Shown piece after piece: positions 18,325 through 28,248 of a DNA stretch of 64,000 bases. Position numbers and translations under genes: made by a program. The notes under the pieces are model-generated. The model was not told the DNA's origin and searched no databases. It was given only the letters and a program-made list of their open reading frames with translations. Position 1 is the first letter of the stretch; every line of letters starts with the position of its first letter. This DNA comes from Phycisphaerales bacterium (GTDB taxonomy: Bacteria; Planctomycetota; Phycisphaerae; Phycisphaerales; UBA1924): positions 2,688,001 through 2,752,000 of the forward strand of contig OZ245777.1 in assembly GCA_965227775.1 (NCBI GenBank), given 5' to 3'.

Positions 18325-21294
18325 ATGCCTTCGCTCAGCCTTCCGCAGCTACCCAGCACCAACGGTGCCCTGCCGGCGAACGTCCTGACCGCACTTGCCG
18401 GTGCGATCGAGGGCGAAGTCCGCGGCGGCTACCACGACCGGATGCTCTACGCGACTGATGCGTCGATCTACCAGATCGAGCCGCTCGGGGTCGTCATCCC
18501 TGCGAGCGCGGCCGATGTGGTGAAGGCCGCCCGGCTGGCGAGTGACCACGGCTTGCCGATGCTGCCCCGCGGTGGCGGTACCAGCCTTGCCGGTCAGTGC
18601 ACGAACCGAGCACTCGTCATCGACACGAGCGTGCACATGACGGCGATCGAGTCCGTTGACACTGAAGCGAGGCGGTGCACGGTCGAGCCGGGCATCACGA
18701 TCGACGACCTCAATGCGGCAATCGAGCACACGGGCCTGTTCTTTGCTCCCGATCCCTCGACCGCACGCCAGGCAAACGTCGGTGGCAGCATTGGCAACAA
18801 CGCGGCTGGCTCGCACTCAGTCTTGTACGGCAGGATGGCCGAGAGCGTCGAAGCCATCGAAGCGTGCTTGGCCGACGGCACCGTGACCCGGTTCGAGGCG
18901 GGCTCGCGGGATCCCGCCGCTCGCACGATCGCTGCGAAAGTCGTCGAGATCACAAAAGAACACCGCTGCCTTATCCGTGCACGCTTCCCCAAGACTCCCA
19001 GGCGCAACGCCGGCTACGCACTCGACATGGTGCTCGACGACATCGAGCGTGCCGAACGCGAGGGCAAGGACCCGCTGGAAGTAGTAAACCTCGCCAAGCT
19101 GCTCTGCGGAAGCGAGGGCACGCTGGCGATGACGCTGAGCGCCGAAATGCTCCTGCACCCGCTTCCGAAGGCCAAGGGCTTGGTGCTTCTTGGTTTCAAT
19201 GATCTCGACGCAGCGATCGCGGCCGTCGGGCCGCTGCTCGAGACCAAGCCCTCGGCGATCGAGCTCGTTGATGATGTGATCATCGATCTCGCGCTCGCCA
19301 ACCGCACGCACCGCGCCTCAGCCGAGGCCATGCCGATGCCAAGCACCGGCAAGCTTCGAGGCGTGTTGTACGTCGAGTACTTTGCGCAGTCCGTGGAAGA
19401 GCTCCGGGAGCGCCTCGATAGTGGCGTACGCGTTGCTGCCGAGAGCGACCCGACCGCGGGTGTTGAACGCATCGAAGACCACCGGGCAATGGCCGCCGCG
19501 TGGGCGCTGCGAAAGGCCGGCGAGCCGCTGCTGCACGGCATGGTTAGCAATCGCAAGCCGGTGACGTTCGTCGAGGACAATGCCGTGCCTGTCGAGCGAT
19601 TGGGCGAGTTTGTGCGGCGATTCCGAGCGATCGTCGAGAAGCATGGCACGTTCGCCGCGTTTTACGCTCACGCCTCGGTGGGCGTGCTGCACGTTCGGCC
19701 GGTACTCGACCCGCGCGACGACGCGGACGAGCGCAAGCTGCACGCTATCTCCGTCGAGATCGCCGACCTTGCCAAGGAGCTCGGCGGCGTCATGAGCGGT
19801 GAGCACGGCGATGGACGCGTGCGAGGCCCGCTGCTCGAGCGGTTCTACGGGCCCGAGCTGATGGACGCGTTCGCGCGTGTGAAGGCGGCTTTTGATCCCA
19901 AGGGACTGCTGAACCCCGGCAACATCGTTGGCGCCCCTGCGGACATCGAGACCATCACCCAGCGGACGCGAATCAGCCCCGAGGGCGACAAGGTCGACGT
20001 CGTGAACCGCGATACGTACTTCGACTACGAAGACCAACACGGCTATCGCGGTGCCGTGGAGATGTGCAACGGGGCGGGCGTCTGCCGGAAGAAGTCGGGC
20101 GGCGTCATGTGCCCCAGCTACATGGCCACGCTCGACGAGCGTCACAGCACCCGAGGGCGCGGAAACGCCCTCCGCCTTGCCACGACGGGGCAGCTCGAAT
20201 GCGGCGAGGCCAATCCGTGGAGCGACCCGGGCACGATGGAGACGCTCAACCTGTGCCTGAGTTGCAAGGCCTGCAAGAGCGAGTGCCCGAGCAACGTCGA
20301 CATCGCCCGCCTCAAAGCGGAATACACGGCCCAGCGGTTCTCCAGCAACGGCAGGCCCACGCTGCAGGCTGCCGTATTCGGGCACGTGCGCACGCTGAAC
20401 AAGCTCGGCTCGCTCACACCCGGGCTCGCCAACGCGATGAACCAAACCTCACTTGCCAAATGGGCCGCCGGCAAGCTGCTGAACCTCGACGAGCGACGCA
20501 GCCTGCCACCGTTCGCGCGGTCGCTTTTGGGACAATGGAAGCGAGCGGGGCTCGGCCGCCATCCGAAGCACCCGCGGGTGCTCGTGTTCGGTGACTGCTT
20601 CACGATGTACAACGAACCGCGCATCGGCCTGGCGGCGGGCCGCGTGCTTGAGGCTTTTGGCTATCAGCCCGTGCTGGTCGACGCCGGCTGCTGCGGGCGC
20701 GCGATGATCTCGACGGGGCTGCTCGACGACGCCGCACGGACGATCGCAGGCACGCACGCGAAACTCCTGGCGGTCGACTCGACCGCACCCATCGTCGTAC
20801 TGGAGCCGAGTTGCCTGTCGGCGATCATTGACGACTGGGTACAGCTCAAGAGCGCTGTGCCGCTCGCAGATCGAAAGGCGCTTGCCGATCGCACGTTTGG
20901 GCTTGAGGCGTTTCTTGAGCGATCCTGGGATGAGCATCCGCAGCTGCCCACAAACAACAACAAGCCCGATGTCTACATGCACGGCCACTGCCACGAGAAG
21001 GCGTTGCGAGGCATCGGCTCCTCTCGACAGCTGCTCGAACGATTCGCCAGCGTGCGCACGGCTGACGTGACTTGCTGCGGCATGGCCGGCTCGTTCGGTT
21101 TCACCAAGGACCGCTACGACCTCTCGATGGAGATTGGCGAGCTGGGGGCGTTGCCGCACGCCCGTGAAGCTGCAGCAGAGGGCAGGCCCGTGCTCGCAGC
21201 GGGCACAAGCTGCCGGCACCAGATGCGCGACGGAGCGTCGCTCGTAGCACTGCATCCGGCCGAGTGGCTCGATCAGGTTATCAACGGGTCGTAG
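18325..21294 (+). CDS. FAD-linked oxidoreductase with Fe-S and CCG domains (YdiJ/GlcD-GlcF fusion type)
   Basis: YATDASIY, PRGGGTSLAGQ, GSEGTL, SGEHGDG, CNGAGVC..MCPSY, CLSCKACKSECP, CCGR, CCGMAGSFG. Confidence 0.92.
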   Translation: MPSLSLPQLPSTNGALPANVLTALAGAIEGEVRGGYHDRMLYATDASIYQIEPLGVVIPASAADVVKAARLASDHGLPMLPRGGGTSLAGQCTNRALVIDTSVHMTAIESVDTEARRCTVEPGITIDDLNAAIEHTGLFFAPDPSTARQANVGGSIGNNAAGSHSVLYGRMAESVEAIEACLADGTVTRFEAGSRDPAARTIAAKVVEITKEHRCLIRARFPKTPRRNAGYALDMVLDDIERAEREGKDPLEVVNLAKLLCGSEGTLAMTLSAEMLLHPLPKAKGLVLLGFNDLDAAIAAVGPLLETKPSAIELVDDVIIDLALANRTHRASAEAMPMPSTGKLRGVLYVEYFAQSVEELRERLDSGVRVAAESDPTAGVERIEDHRAMAAAWALRKAGEPLLHGMVSNRKPVTFVEDNAVPVERLGEFVRRFRAIVEKHGTFAAFYAHASVGVLHVRPVLDPRDDADERKLHAISVEIADLAKELGGVMSGEHGDGRVRGPLLERFYGPELMDAFARVKAAFDPKGLLNPGNIVGAPADIETITQRTRISPEGDKVDVVNRDTYFDYEDQHGYRGAVEMCNGAGVCRKKSGGVMCPSYMATLDERHSTRGRGNALRLATTGQLECGEANPWSDPGTMETLNLCLSCKACKSECPSNVDIARLKAEYTAQRFSSNGRPTLQAAVFGHVRTLNKLGSLTPGLANAMNQTSLAKWAAGKLLNLDERRSLPPFARSLLGQWKRAGLGRHPKHPRVLVFGDCFTMYNEPRIGLAAGRVLEAFGYQPVLVDAGCCGRAMISTGLLDDAARTIAGTHAKLLAVDSTAPIVVLEPSCLSAIIDDWVQLKSAVPLADRKALADRTFGLEAFLERSWDEHPQLPTNNNKPDVYMHGHCHEKALRGIGSSRQLLERFASVRTADVTCCGMAGSFGFTKDRYDLSMEIGELGALPHAREAAAEGRPVLAAGTSCRHQMRDGASLVALHPAEWLDQVINGS

Positions 21295-21296
21295 CG

Positions 21297-22076
21297 CTAC
21301 TCCGCCGGCGGCCGAAGCAGCCGTTCGATGCTGCCGTCGTCGCGACGGACCAGCACTTCCGTGGCCTCGCTCAGGAACAGGCCGTGCTCGATGACGCCGG
21401 GGGTGTTGTTGAGGGCGGTGGCCAGTCGTTCGTAGTTGTGGCCATCGTCGCCGTTTCCACCCGCGTGGAGCTGGACGTCGAGGATGAGATTACCGTTGTC
21501 GGTCACGTAGAGCGTGCCGTCCATGCTGCGGCGGAGCACGCCCGAAAGACCGAGCGTGCGGAGATTGGCGCGAATGGACGCGAGCCCGAAAGCCATGACC
21601 GCGACCGCCAGCGGCGTGCGTTCACCCAGGTGATCGACGAGCTTCTCTTCCTCGACGAGGTACACGCGGCGCATGGCAGCGGTTGCTACGAGTCGCTCAC
21701 GCGTCATGGCCCCGCCCGCGCCCTTGAGCATCCGCAGGTGTCCGTCGACTTCGTCGGCGCCATCAAAAAGGTAGTCGACCTGATCGATCGTCGCGAACTC
21801 GCGCACCTTGACGCCAAGCTCGAGGGCGTAGGCAGCGCTGGCTTCGCTCGTCGAGACGCAGGTGATGTCGAGCTTCTCGGCGATGACGCGGCCGGCCAGC
21901 GCTGCGATCGCACGACGAGCCGTTCGACCCGTGCCCAGGCCCACGATCATGCCGGGCTGGATGTCGGCGACGGCGGCGCGAGCGAGGGCATCGTTGGCGC
22001 TCTCGGTTGCCGCGAGGCGGGCCGCGTCGGCAGAGCCCGCGGCACCGGGGTTGTCGGACCGGGCCGGTTCAGCCAA
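21297..22076 (-). CDS. rpiA: Ribose-5-phosphate isomerase A
   Basis: GLGTGRT, DGADEVD, KG.GGA..RE, TDNGN.ILD, PGVIEHGLF. Probable TTG start overlapping the ALDH stop. Confidence 0.9.
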   Translation of the reverse strand: MAEPARSDNPGAAGSADAARLAATESANDALARAAVADIQPGMIVGLGTGRTARRAIAALAGRVIAEKLDITCVSTSEASAAYALELGVKVREFATIDQVDYLFDGADEVDGHLRMLKGAGGAMTRERLVATAAMRRVYLVEEEKLVDHLGERTPLAVAVMAFGLASIRANLRTLGLSGVLRRSMDGTLYVTDNGNLILDVQLHAGGNGDDGHNYERLATALNNTPGVIEHGLFLSEATEVLVRRDDGSIERLLRPPAE

Positions 22077-23604
22077 ATTGCACCCCCTGGGCCAAGCGCA
22101 GCGAGGCGCCGTAGTTGATCGTGCACGTCTGTCGGCGCATGTAGGCCTTCCAGCTATCGCTCCCGGCCTCGCGTCCGCCGCCCGTGTCTTTCTCGCCGCC
22201 AAACGCCCCGCCGATCTCGGCGCCGCTCGTGCCGATGTTGACGTTGGCGATACCGCAATCGCTGCCGGCCGGCGAAAGGAATCGCTCGCTCGCTCGCACG
22301 TCACCGGTCATGATGGCGCTGCTCAGGCCGTGGGCGGTCGAGTTGTGCAGCGCGATGGCGTCGTCGAGATCGCGATAGGCAAAGACGTACAGGATTGGTG
22401 CGAAGGTCTCGCGCTGGGCGACCGCGAGCTGGTTGCTGGCAGGAGCGCGAATGATCGTCGGCTTCACGAAGCAACCACCGAGCGAGGCATCGGCTCGCTC
22501 GCCACCCACGAGCACCGTGCCGCCCTGGCTCTTGGCTTCTTCGATGGCGGCATCGAAGGCCTCGCCAGATCGCTCGGTAATCAACGGGCCGACGAGCGTA
22601 CTGTCGTCCATCGGGTCGCCGATTGGGGCACGCTCGTAGGCGTCGGTGAGCTTCTCGAGCAACGGCTCCACGATCGATTCGTGGGCGATGAGGCGACGCG
22701 TTGTCGTGCAGCGCTGGCCGGCGGTACCAACGGCGGCAAACAGCAACGCGGGCACGGCCAGGTCGAGGTCCGCGTCGGGCTCGACGATGACGGCGTTGTT
22801 GCCGCCGAGCTCCAGCAGGCACTTGCCCAAGCGGGCGGCGACGACCTGGCCCACCTTGCGGCCCATCTCCGTGGAGCCGGTCGCGCTGATGAGCGGCAAG
22901 CGGGCGTCGGCGGTCATGGGCTTGGCAACCGTCTCGTCGGTGCCGATCACCAGGTTGAAGACGCCCTCGTGGCCCATGTCGCGAGCCACCTTGTCGGCGA
23001 TGGCGTTGGTCGCCATCGCGGTCAGTGGCGCCATCAGGCTGGGCTTCCAGATAACCGTGTCGCCGCAGATGGCCGCGATCATCGCGTTCCAGCCCCACAC
23101 GGCGTTGGGGAAGTTGAACGCCGTAATGACGCCGATGGGCCCAAGCGGCTGCCACTGCTCGAACAGCCTGTGGTCTGCTCGCTCGCTGGGCATGGTCCGC
23201 CCGCCGATCATGCGCGACAGGCCCGTGGCGTAGTCGGCGATGTCGATGGTCTCTTGGACCTCGCCGAGGCCCTCGCTCCTGATCTTGCCGACCTCCATGC
23301 TGACGAGCGCGCCCAGGGCGTCCTTGTGCTCGCGCAGGGCGTGGCCGATGCGTCGAACGACCTCACCCCGTTCGGGTGCGGGCACCGACCGCCACGTCAG
23401 GAACGACGCCCTGGCACGCTCGATGGCCGCTTCGAGTTCGGCAGTGCCTTCGAGGCGGACACCGGCCAGCGGCTGGCCTGTTGCGGGATTCAGGCTGACG
23501 ACCTGCGAGGCGTCGCCCGGGTCGGCCCGGTCGGGTGCGATGTACCGCGGGTCATCGGCCAGGGGCAGCGTCTCGAGCGGATTACCGACCGTCGTCTGGG
23601 GCAT
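22069..23604 (-). CDS. Aldehyde dehydrogenase, ALDH7/AmaB (piperideine-6-carboxylate dehydrogenase) type
   Basis: ITAFNFPNAVWGWN, LELGGNNA, GTAGQRCTT, ETFAPILY, GAEIGGAFGGEKDTGGGREAGSDSWKAYMRR. Confidence 0.92.
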   Translation of the reverse strand: MPQTTVGNPLETLPLADDPRYIAPDRADPGDASQVVSLNPATGQPLAGVRLEGTAELEAAIERARASFLTWRSVPAPERGEVVRRIGHALREHKDALGALVSMEVGKIRSEGLGEVQETIDIADYATGLSRMIGGRTMPSERADHRLFEQWQPLGPIGVITAFNFPNAVWGWNAMIAAICGDTVIWKPSLMAPLTAMATNAIADKVARDMGHEGVFNLVIGTDETVAKPMTADARLPLISATGSTEMGRKVGQVVAARLGKCLLELGGNNAVIVEPDADLDLAVPALLFAAVGTAGQRCTTTRRLIAHESIVEPLLEKLTDAYERAPIGDPMDDSTLVGPLITERSGEAFDAAIEEAKSQGGTVLVGGERADASLGGCFVKPTIIRAPASNQLAVAQRETFAPILYVFAYRDLDDAIALHNSTAHGLSSAIMTGDVRASERFLSPAGSDCGIANVNIGTSGAEIGGAFGGEKDTGGGREAGSDSWKAYMRRQTCTINYGASLRLAQGVQFG

Positions 23605-23646
23605 CGGGGCACTGTAGGCAAAGCCCGCCCCCGCTCTCGGGATCCC

Positions 23647-24477
23647 TCAGTCGCAGCCGGCGTCGAAGGCGTTCTGGAAGGCGAGGAAGTCGAAGATGGT
23701 CAGCTCGCCGTCGTCGTCGAAGTCGGCGATGGGGCTCGCGGCGTCGAAGTAGTTCTGAAACAGCAGGAAGTCGAAGATGGTCAGCTCGCGATCGGCGTCG
23801 AGGTCGGGGCGGCAGCGCGGCGGGCGGAACGAGAAGGTCACGTCGTGCGTGGCCCGATCACTGAGGCTGCTCTCGTCGTCGATCACCACCTCGAAGTCGG
23901 CGAAGGCTTCGAAGGTGTAGCGACCGGGCGCGAGCTCGAGGGTCCACGTCCAGCTTCGCGGGCGCGAGGCCGGGACGCCGCTGACGACGACGCCGTCGGG
24001 ACCGGTGAGCCTGCCGGGCTCGTACTGGTCATAGGTGATGTCGTCGAAGCGGCTGGGCAGTACCCTCAGGTGCAGACCGCCGGGTCGGTCGATCTCGAAG
24101 ACGACTTGCGTTCGCCATTCGCCCGCGGCCACGCGCGAGGCGGTGCCCAGGCGTCGATCTTCGACGAAGAAGTTGTGGTCGGCCCCGAACCGCATGCTGG
24201 CGCCGGCGGGCTCGATACGCCAATCGCACTCTGATCTTGTGCTCACCCGCGGATCCAGAAAGCGGTCGACCTCGGCCTCAGCCTCGGCGCGCGGATCAAA
24301 CAGCTCGTCGTCGAAGTCGGTGTCGGTATCGATGACGGGCGCGGGCGGCACGCGGAGCTCGGCTCGCGCCGACGATTCGACCTCGGCTGAGATCACCGTC
24401 AGCCGCGGCCTGGACTGGCCAAGGGCGGTCGTCGACCCGGCGAGCACGAGGCCGAGAATCAGTATGCAAAACCGCAT
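23647..24477 (-). CDS. Secreted protein of unknown function with GC-type dockerin tag
   Basis: Signal peptide; C-terminus CRPDLDADRELTIFDFLLFQNYFD...DFDDDGELTIFDFLAFQNAFDAGCD. Confidence 0.8.
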   Translation of the reverse strand: MRFCILILGLVLAGSTTALGQSRPRLTVISAEVESSARAELRVPPAPVIDTDTDFDDELFDPRAEAEAEVDRFLDPRVSTRSECDWRIEPAGASMRFGADHNFFVEDRRLGTASRVAAGEWRTQVVFEIDRPGGLHLRVLPSRFDDITYDQYEPGRLTGPDGVVVSGVPASRPRSWTWTLELAPGRYTFEAFADFEVVIDDESSLSDRATHDVTFSFRPPRCRPDLDADRELTIFDFLLFQNYFDAASPIADFDDDGELTIFDFLAFQNAFDAGCD

Positions 24478-24558
24478 GCGGTGCCTCCCATCACTCTGGT
24501 TCTCTGGATGGTGGTACCGATGCGCATTCGCGGGGTTGCGAGTCCGCGAATGAACGGC

Positions 24559-24780
24559 TCAGCCGCCGCCGACGAGGGTGACGATCTCGATTTCGTCGCC
24601 GTTGCCCAGCGTGTGGGTCTCGTGGGTCGCCTTGGGGGCCAGTTCGCGGTTGACCTCAACGGCGCATGCGGTGCGGGCCAGGCCGAGCTGCTCGATGAGG
24701 CCGGCGATGGTCGTGCCCTGTGGGGCCTCGCGCTGCTCACCATTGACATTCAGCGAGATGGTCTGCGTTGCCTGGGCCAT
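24559..24780 (-). CDS. thiS: Sulfur carrier protein ThiS
   Basis: VNGE, AVEVN, GDEIEIVTLVGGG C-terminus. Confidence 0.92.
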   Translation of the reverse strand: MAQATQTISLNVNGEQREAPQGTTIAGLIEQLGLARTACAVEVNRELAPKATHETHTLGNGDEIEIVTLVGGG

Positions 24781-24846
24781 GGTGGATGGTAACCAATCGT
24801 TCGCGAGTTCGCAACGATGTTTCCGGCCGCTGCGTACGGTCTATGT

Positions 24847-25698
24847 ATGAACCCTACCCGCCCCATCGCGTTCGTCGTGCTGGCACTCGCTGCGGTGGTC
24901 TCGCTGGCGGGATGTGAGCAGGACTACCCGCAGGAAAGCCCCGAGGCGCTCGTCGAATCGGCCCGCCAGATGGTGCTGGACCGCAAGGCGCGGCGGCTTA
25001 GCGACTTAGTCTGGACCGAGAGCGAAGGCGAGCGGCTGGTGGTCGATCGCCTGGGCCGCACGATGGGCGCGCTGCAGCGGCTGGGCGAGGCCGTGTCCAA
25101 CGAGTTTCCCGAGGAGGTCGAGGAGATCCGCAAGCGGGCCGATGAGGCGGCCGAGAGCGGCGAGATCACCAGCCTGATCGGGCGTGCGATGACGGCCCAG
25201 GTCGGCGCGGCGCGCGGCGCACCGGGAGCGATCCGAGACCGTGATCGGGACCGCATGCGTCAGGGCTTCGACGGCGTCATCCGCGAGCTGATGGCCGACC
25301 CCTACGGCTGGCTCGAGCGCCACGGCGACAAGCTGCAGCCGATGCGCATCACCGACGACATCGTGGCGCTGAGCTGGCAGGGCAAGCCGGTTGTCGGGCT
25401 GAGCCTGGTGGAGCACGACGGCAAGTGGTACCTGAAGCTGCCGCTCGACCAGCCGGCGCTGCGTCGATTTCTGCCGCAAACCGAAGAAGAATTCGAGATC
25501 TGGGCCGAGCTTGCGGGCACGGTGCACAACGTGCTGCAAGACCTGGCCGACGAGGTCGAGCGCGGCGAGCACAAGAACCTGGAGAGCGTGGCCGCCAGCG
25601 CGGGCGAGTACGCGTTCTTGCCAACGGTGCTGGTGCTGGTCTCGTATGGCAAGGCGCTCGAAGATCGTGGGTCGGAGCGCGAGTCGGGCGAGGGGTGA
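24847..25698 (+). CDS. Hypothetical lipoprotein
   Basis: Lipobox SLAG-C after a hydrophobic stretch. Leaderless ATG 24847. Confidence 0.7.
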   Translation: MNPTRPIAFVVLALAAVVSLAGCEQDYPQESPEALVESARQMVLDRKARRLSDLVWTESEGERLVVDRLGRTMGALQRLGEAVSNEFPEEVEEIRKRADEAAESGEITSLIGRAMTAQVGAARGAPGAIRDRDRDRMRQGFDGVIRELMADPYGWLERHGDKLQPMRITDDIVALSWQGKPVVGLSLVEHDGKWYLKLPLDQPALRRFLPQTEEEFEIWAELAGTVHNVLQDLADEVERGEHKNLESVAASAGEYAFLPTVLVLVSYGKALEDRGSERESGEG

Positions 25699-25787
25699 GG
25701 GCACTTTCGCGCTGTATGTCGCCGTAGCGCTTGCTCGCCATCGGCGTACACGGTTTCAAGAGCTGTGCTCCGAATTCCGCGATCGCT

Positions 25788-26096
25788 CTACGCGGCAAGC
25801 ACGAACGAGATGAACCACTGGTATAGAGCCCAGAATCCCATGCACAACACCGCCACCACGCTAATCGCGATCTCCCACGCGATGCCACGCAGGCGGCGGA
25901 TCACTCGGTAGACGCCGGACGAGACCGCACACGCCAGCATCAGCACGAACAACACGTAGGGCAGCGGGGACTCGAACAGGTCCAGGGGCAGCACGCCGAA
26001 AAAGTGCAGGCCGACCGCGAACACGAACGCCACGCAGATGCCGAGGCAGCTGATGGCCGCGATGGTCCTTCCCTTATTCGTGTCGTTGGGCTGCAT
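25788..26096 (-). CDS. Small 3-TM membrane protein
   Basis: Three hydrophobic segments from MQPNDTNK. Confidence 0.55.
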   Translation of the reverse strand: MQPNDTNKGRTIAAISCLGICVAFVFAVGLHFFGVLPLDLFESPLPYVLFVLMLACAVSSGVYRVIRRLRGIAWEIAISVVAVLCMGFWALYQWFISFVLAA

Positions 26097-26159
26097 GATG
26101 GGTGTCCTGCTGAGACATCGTACGTGAGGATAAATGCACCCCACCACCACCCCCCCGCG

Positions 26160-27050
26160 CTATCTGGCGGCGCTCGCCGCACCCTCGCCACACTCCGGGC
26201 ACGTGGTCGCGATCTTGTCGAGCTGGTAGCCGCAGGAGACGCAGCACGATCGGCGGCGGCGTACGTGCGCGATGTATGCGCGTGAGCTTCCTCGCGCCAG
26301 TAGGACGGGCATCGCAAAGCAGATCGCGTTCAGCAGGAACATCGGCACGTCGATACGTAGCGGCAACGGCAGGCCGATGGGGCGTCCGCCATAACCCAGC
26401 GGCTCGCGTCGCAGGACGATACCGCCCAAGAACGACATGGTCGCCGGCTCCAGGACCGTCTGGCCGCTCGAATCCCAGACGTGCCGCGTCTGCGCGTGCA
26501 TCGACCTGAACGGCCAGCCGCACTCGATGCCAACGATGGTGGCGAACTGCTCGTGCACCACCGGCACCGGCAGCATGCTCCAGTTGTCGACGGGAGACAC
26601 GAACTCTGGAATCACCGGGTCGGTGGTGACGATCGAGCCGTCGCTGTCGCGCTCGTACATGATGATGTGCCGGCTGGACAGCGACGCCGAGCCACCCGCA
26701 TTGCCCCACGCCTGGTGCGGCTGGTCCGAGAGGTCGCTCTGCGGATGCAGCAGTCCCGGCGTCGTGGCCGACGCCTGGTGCCATTTCGCGTTCAGGCTCT
26801 CGTCCTCGGCCGGCGTGGTGTCGGTCGCCTTGTGGCACAATTGGCAACGGCGACCATGACGGCGAGCATCGATGTCATCCGACCACAGCGCCCACGTATG
26901 GGTGAACGCGCCCACCGCCGTGGCCCTCGACGCGGTGCGGATCAGGGAGTAGCACGCCACATACGAAAGGGCGGCCGATGCCACCACCCCGATCAACAGC
27001 GAGCTCAGCATCAGCCGCAGGCGTCGTATCGCGGCCCCCTTACCACGCAT
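26160..27050 (-). CDS. Membrane protein with C-terminal Zn-ribbon (CxxCGY..CPECG)
   Basis: N-terminal TM, GWPF.S motif, second TM, RRRR.CCVSCGYQL...CPECG. Confidence 0.7.
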   Translation of the reverse strand: MRGKGAAIRRLRLMLSSLLIGVVASAALSYVACYSLIRTASRATAVGAFTHTWALWSDDIDARRHGRRCQLCHKATDTTPAEDESLNAKWHQASATTPGLLHPQSDLSDQPHQAWGNAGGSASLSSRHIIMYERDSDGSIVTTDPVIPEFVSPVDNWSMLPVPVVHEQFATIVGIECGWPFRSMHAQTRHVWDSSGQTVLEPATMSFLGGIVLRREPLGYGGRPIGLPLPLRIDVPMFLLNAICFAMPVLLARGSSRAYIAHVRRRRSCCVSCGYQLDKIATTCPECGEGAASAAR

Positions 27051-27157
27051 GGCTTGTGGTACGCATCGATCGGCGAAGGGATGCTAAGGATTCGTTTCGG
27101 CCACAACCCAACCCTGCCCCGTGCAATAGTCGAAACGAATCCGACCCACCACCGCGA

Positions 27158-27760
27158 TCACGCATCGAAACCGCGAGACCCGTCCCGGTACGCCGAATCG
27201 ATGCGATCGGGCGACCACGGCCGCGATGAATCTTCCCTCCGGCGGCGTGACACCTCGGCCAGCACCAACACCACCGAGACGCCCAGCAGGGCGCACGCGA
27301 ACAACCCAACGCCGATGACGCCCGGCGTGAGGATGCCGGTGGGGTCGCTGAACGCGACGGCGCGGTTGGGATTGCGCGCGTCGACGTAGACAAAGAACGG
27401 CTCGCGATTTCGCAGCTGGTCGCGCACGGCCCTGGCCTTGTCGATGTCACGGGTTCGCCAGCGTGCGTGGCCGAAACCAAGGCGCTCGCCGTGATACGTC
27501 TTGCCATCGACCCAGTACTCGTACTGCGTCTCGACCCAGTAGTCGGGGCGGCGCTTGCCGGTCTCTCTCATCCCGTCGGCATACTTGAGCCTGGCCGGAA
27601 CCTCGACGAGCTGCGTGCTGCGCGCCTGGATGGCCGGGAGCACCTCGCGGTGGATCGTCGTCGCGAGCAACACGATCGCGACCAGACCGAGCATGACGCC
27701 CCAGGCTCCGAGCGGCGCCCGCTCTTCACCATCGCGCGTCTCGCTTTCGATATCTGTCAT
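27158..27760 (-). CDS. DUF3592-like membrane protein
   Basis: TM - YEYWVDGKTYHG...VYVD..NP..AV - TM architecture. Confidence 0.65.
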   Translation of the reverse strand: MTDIESETRDGEERAPLGAWGVMLGLVAIVLLATTIHREVLPAIQARSTQLVEVPARLKYADGMRETGKRRPDYWVETQYEYWVDGKTYHGERLGFGHARWRTRDIDKARAVRDQLRNREPFFVYVDARNPNRAVAFSDPTGILTPGVIGVGLFACALLGVSVVLVLAEVSRRRREDSSRPWSPDRIDSAYRDGSRGFDA

Positions 27761-27852
27761 CGCGGAATCCTGCTGGGCGTCGTCGCTTCGCACAATGGTA
27801 CGTGAGCGATCGCCAACTTCTTCCTCGCACGCCCCGCCCCTAAACTCTCGCC

Positions 27853-28233
27853 GTGCACGAGTCCCCGCTCGAATTCGATCACTGCCCCGCGTGCAACTAC
27901 GAGCTGGGCGCTACCGAGCAGGCGCGTTGCCCCGAATGCGGCCGCGTTCCGAGCGCGGTGGTCGCGGCGAGCATCGTCCGACGCGATCGCCGCGACGCGT
28001 TCGCACGGCTGGCGGCCGCGTGGGGCCTGCTCGCGGTCATCCTGGGCATCGCCGGCGTAGTCACTTACTCCAAGGTGGACCGCCACCTCAGGAACCAGCA
28101 GACGACCATGCACTGGACGACCACCATCCCATACATCCCGCCATCACAGGCCGAGCAGGCGCGGCTCCTGCGAGAGCTAGACGAACGCAGCGACGAATGG
28201 ATCGTGCGGCCAACGCCGGTCCCCGGCCGCTGA
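27853..28233 (+). CDS. Small membrane protein with N-terminal Zn-ribbon (CPACNYEL..CPECG)
   Basis: Motif plus one TM. TAAACT -10 lies 6 nt before GTG. Confidence 0.6.
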   Translation: MHESPLEFDHCPACNYELGATEQARCPECGRVPSAVVAASIVRRDRRDAFARLAAAWGLLAVILGIAGVVTYSKVDRHLRNQQTTMHWTTTIPYIPPSQAEQARLLRELDERSDEWIVRPTPVPGR

Positions 28234-28248
28234 GCGCCTACCCGGCGG

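Noticed and set aside
21862..24234. 790-aa plus-strand ORF and similar long antisense ORFs (e.g. 42645-44549, 1116-2333, 46603-47787)
   Set aside because: Shadow frames opposite well-supported genes, expected from high-GC codon bias; no motifs.
24781..24846. TPP riboswitch before thiS (likewise preQ1 before queD and SAM before sat)
   Set aside because: thiS and queD appear leaderless with no room for an aptamer, and no consensus aptamer motifs were seen before sat.
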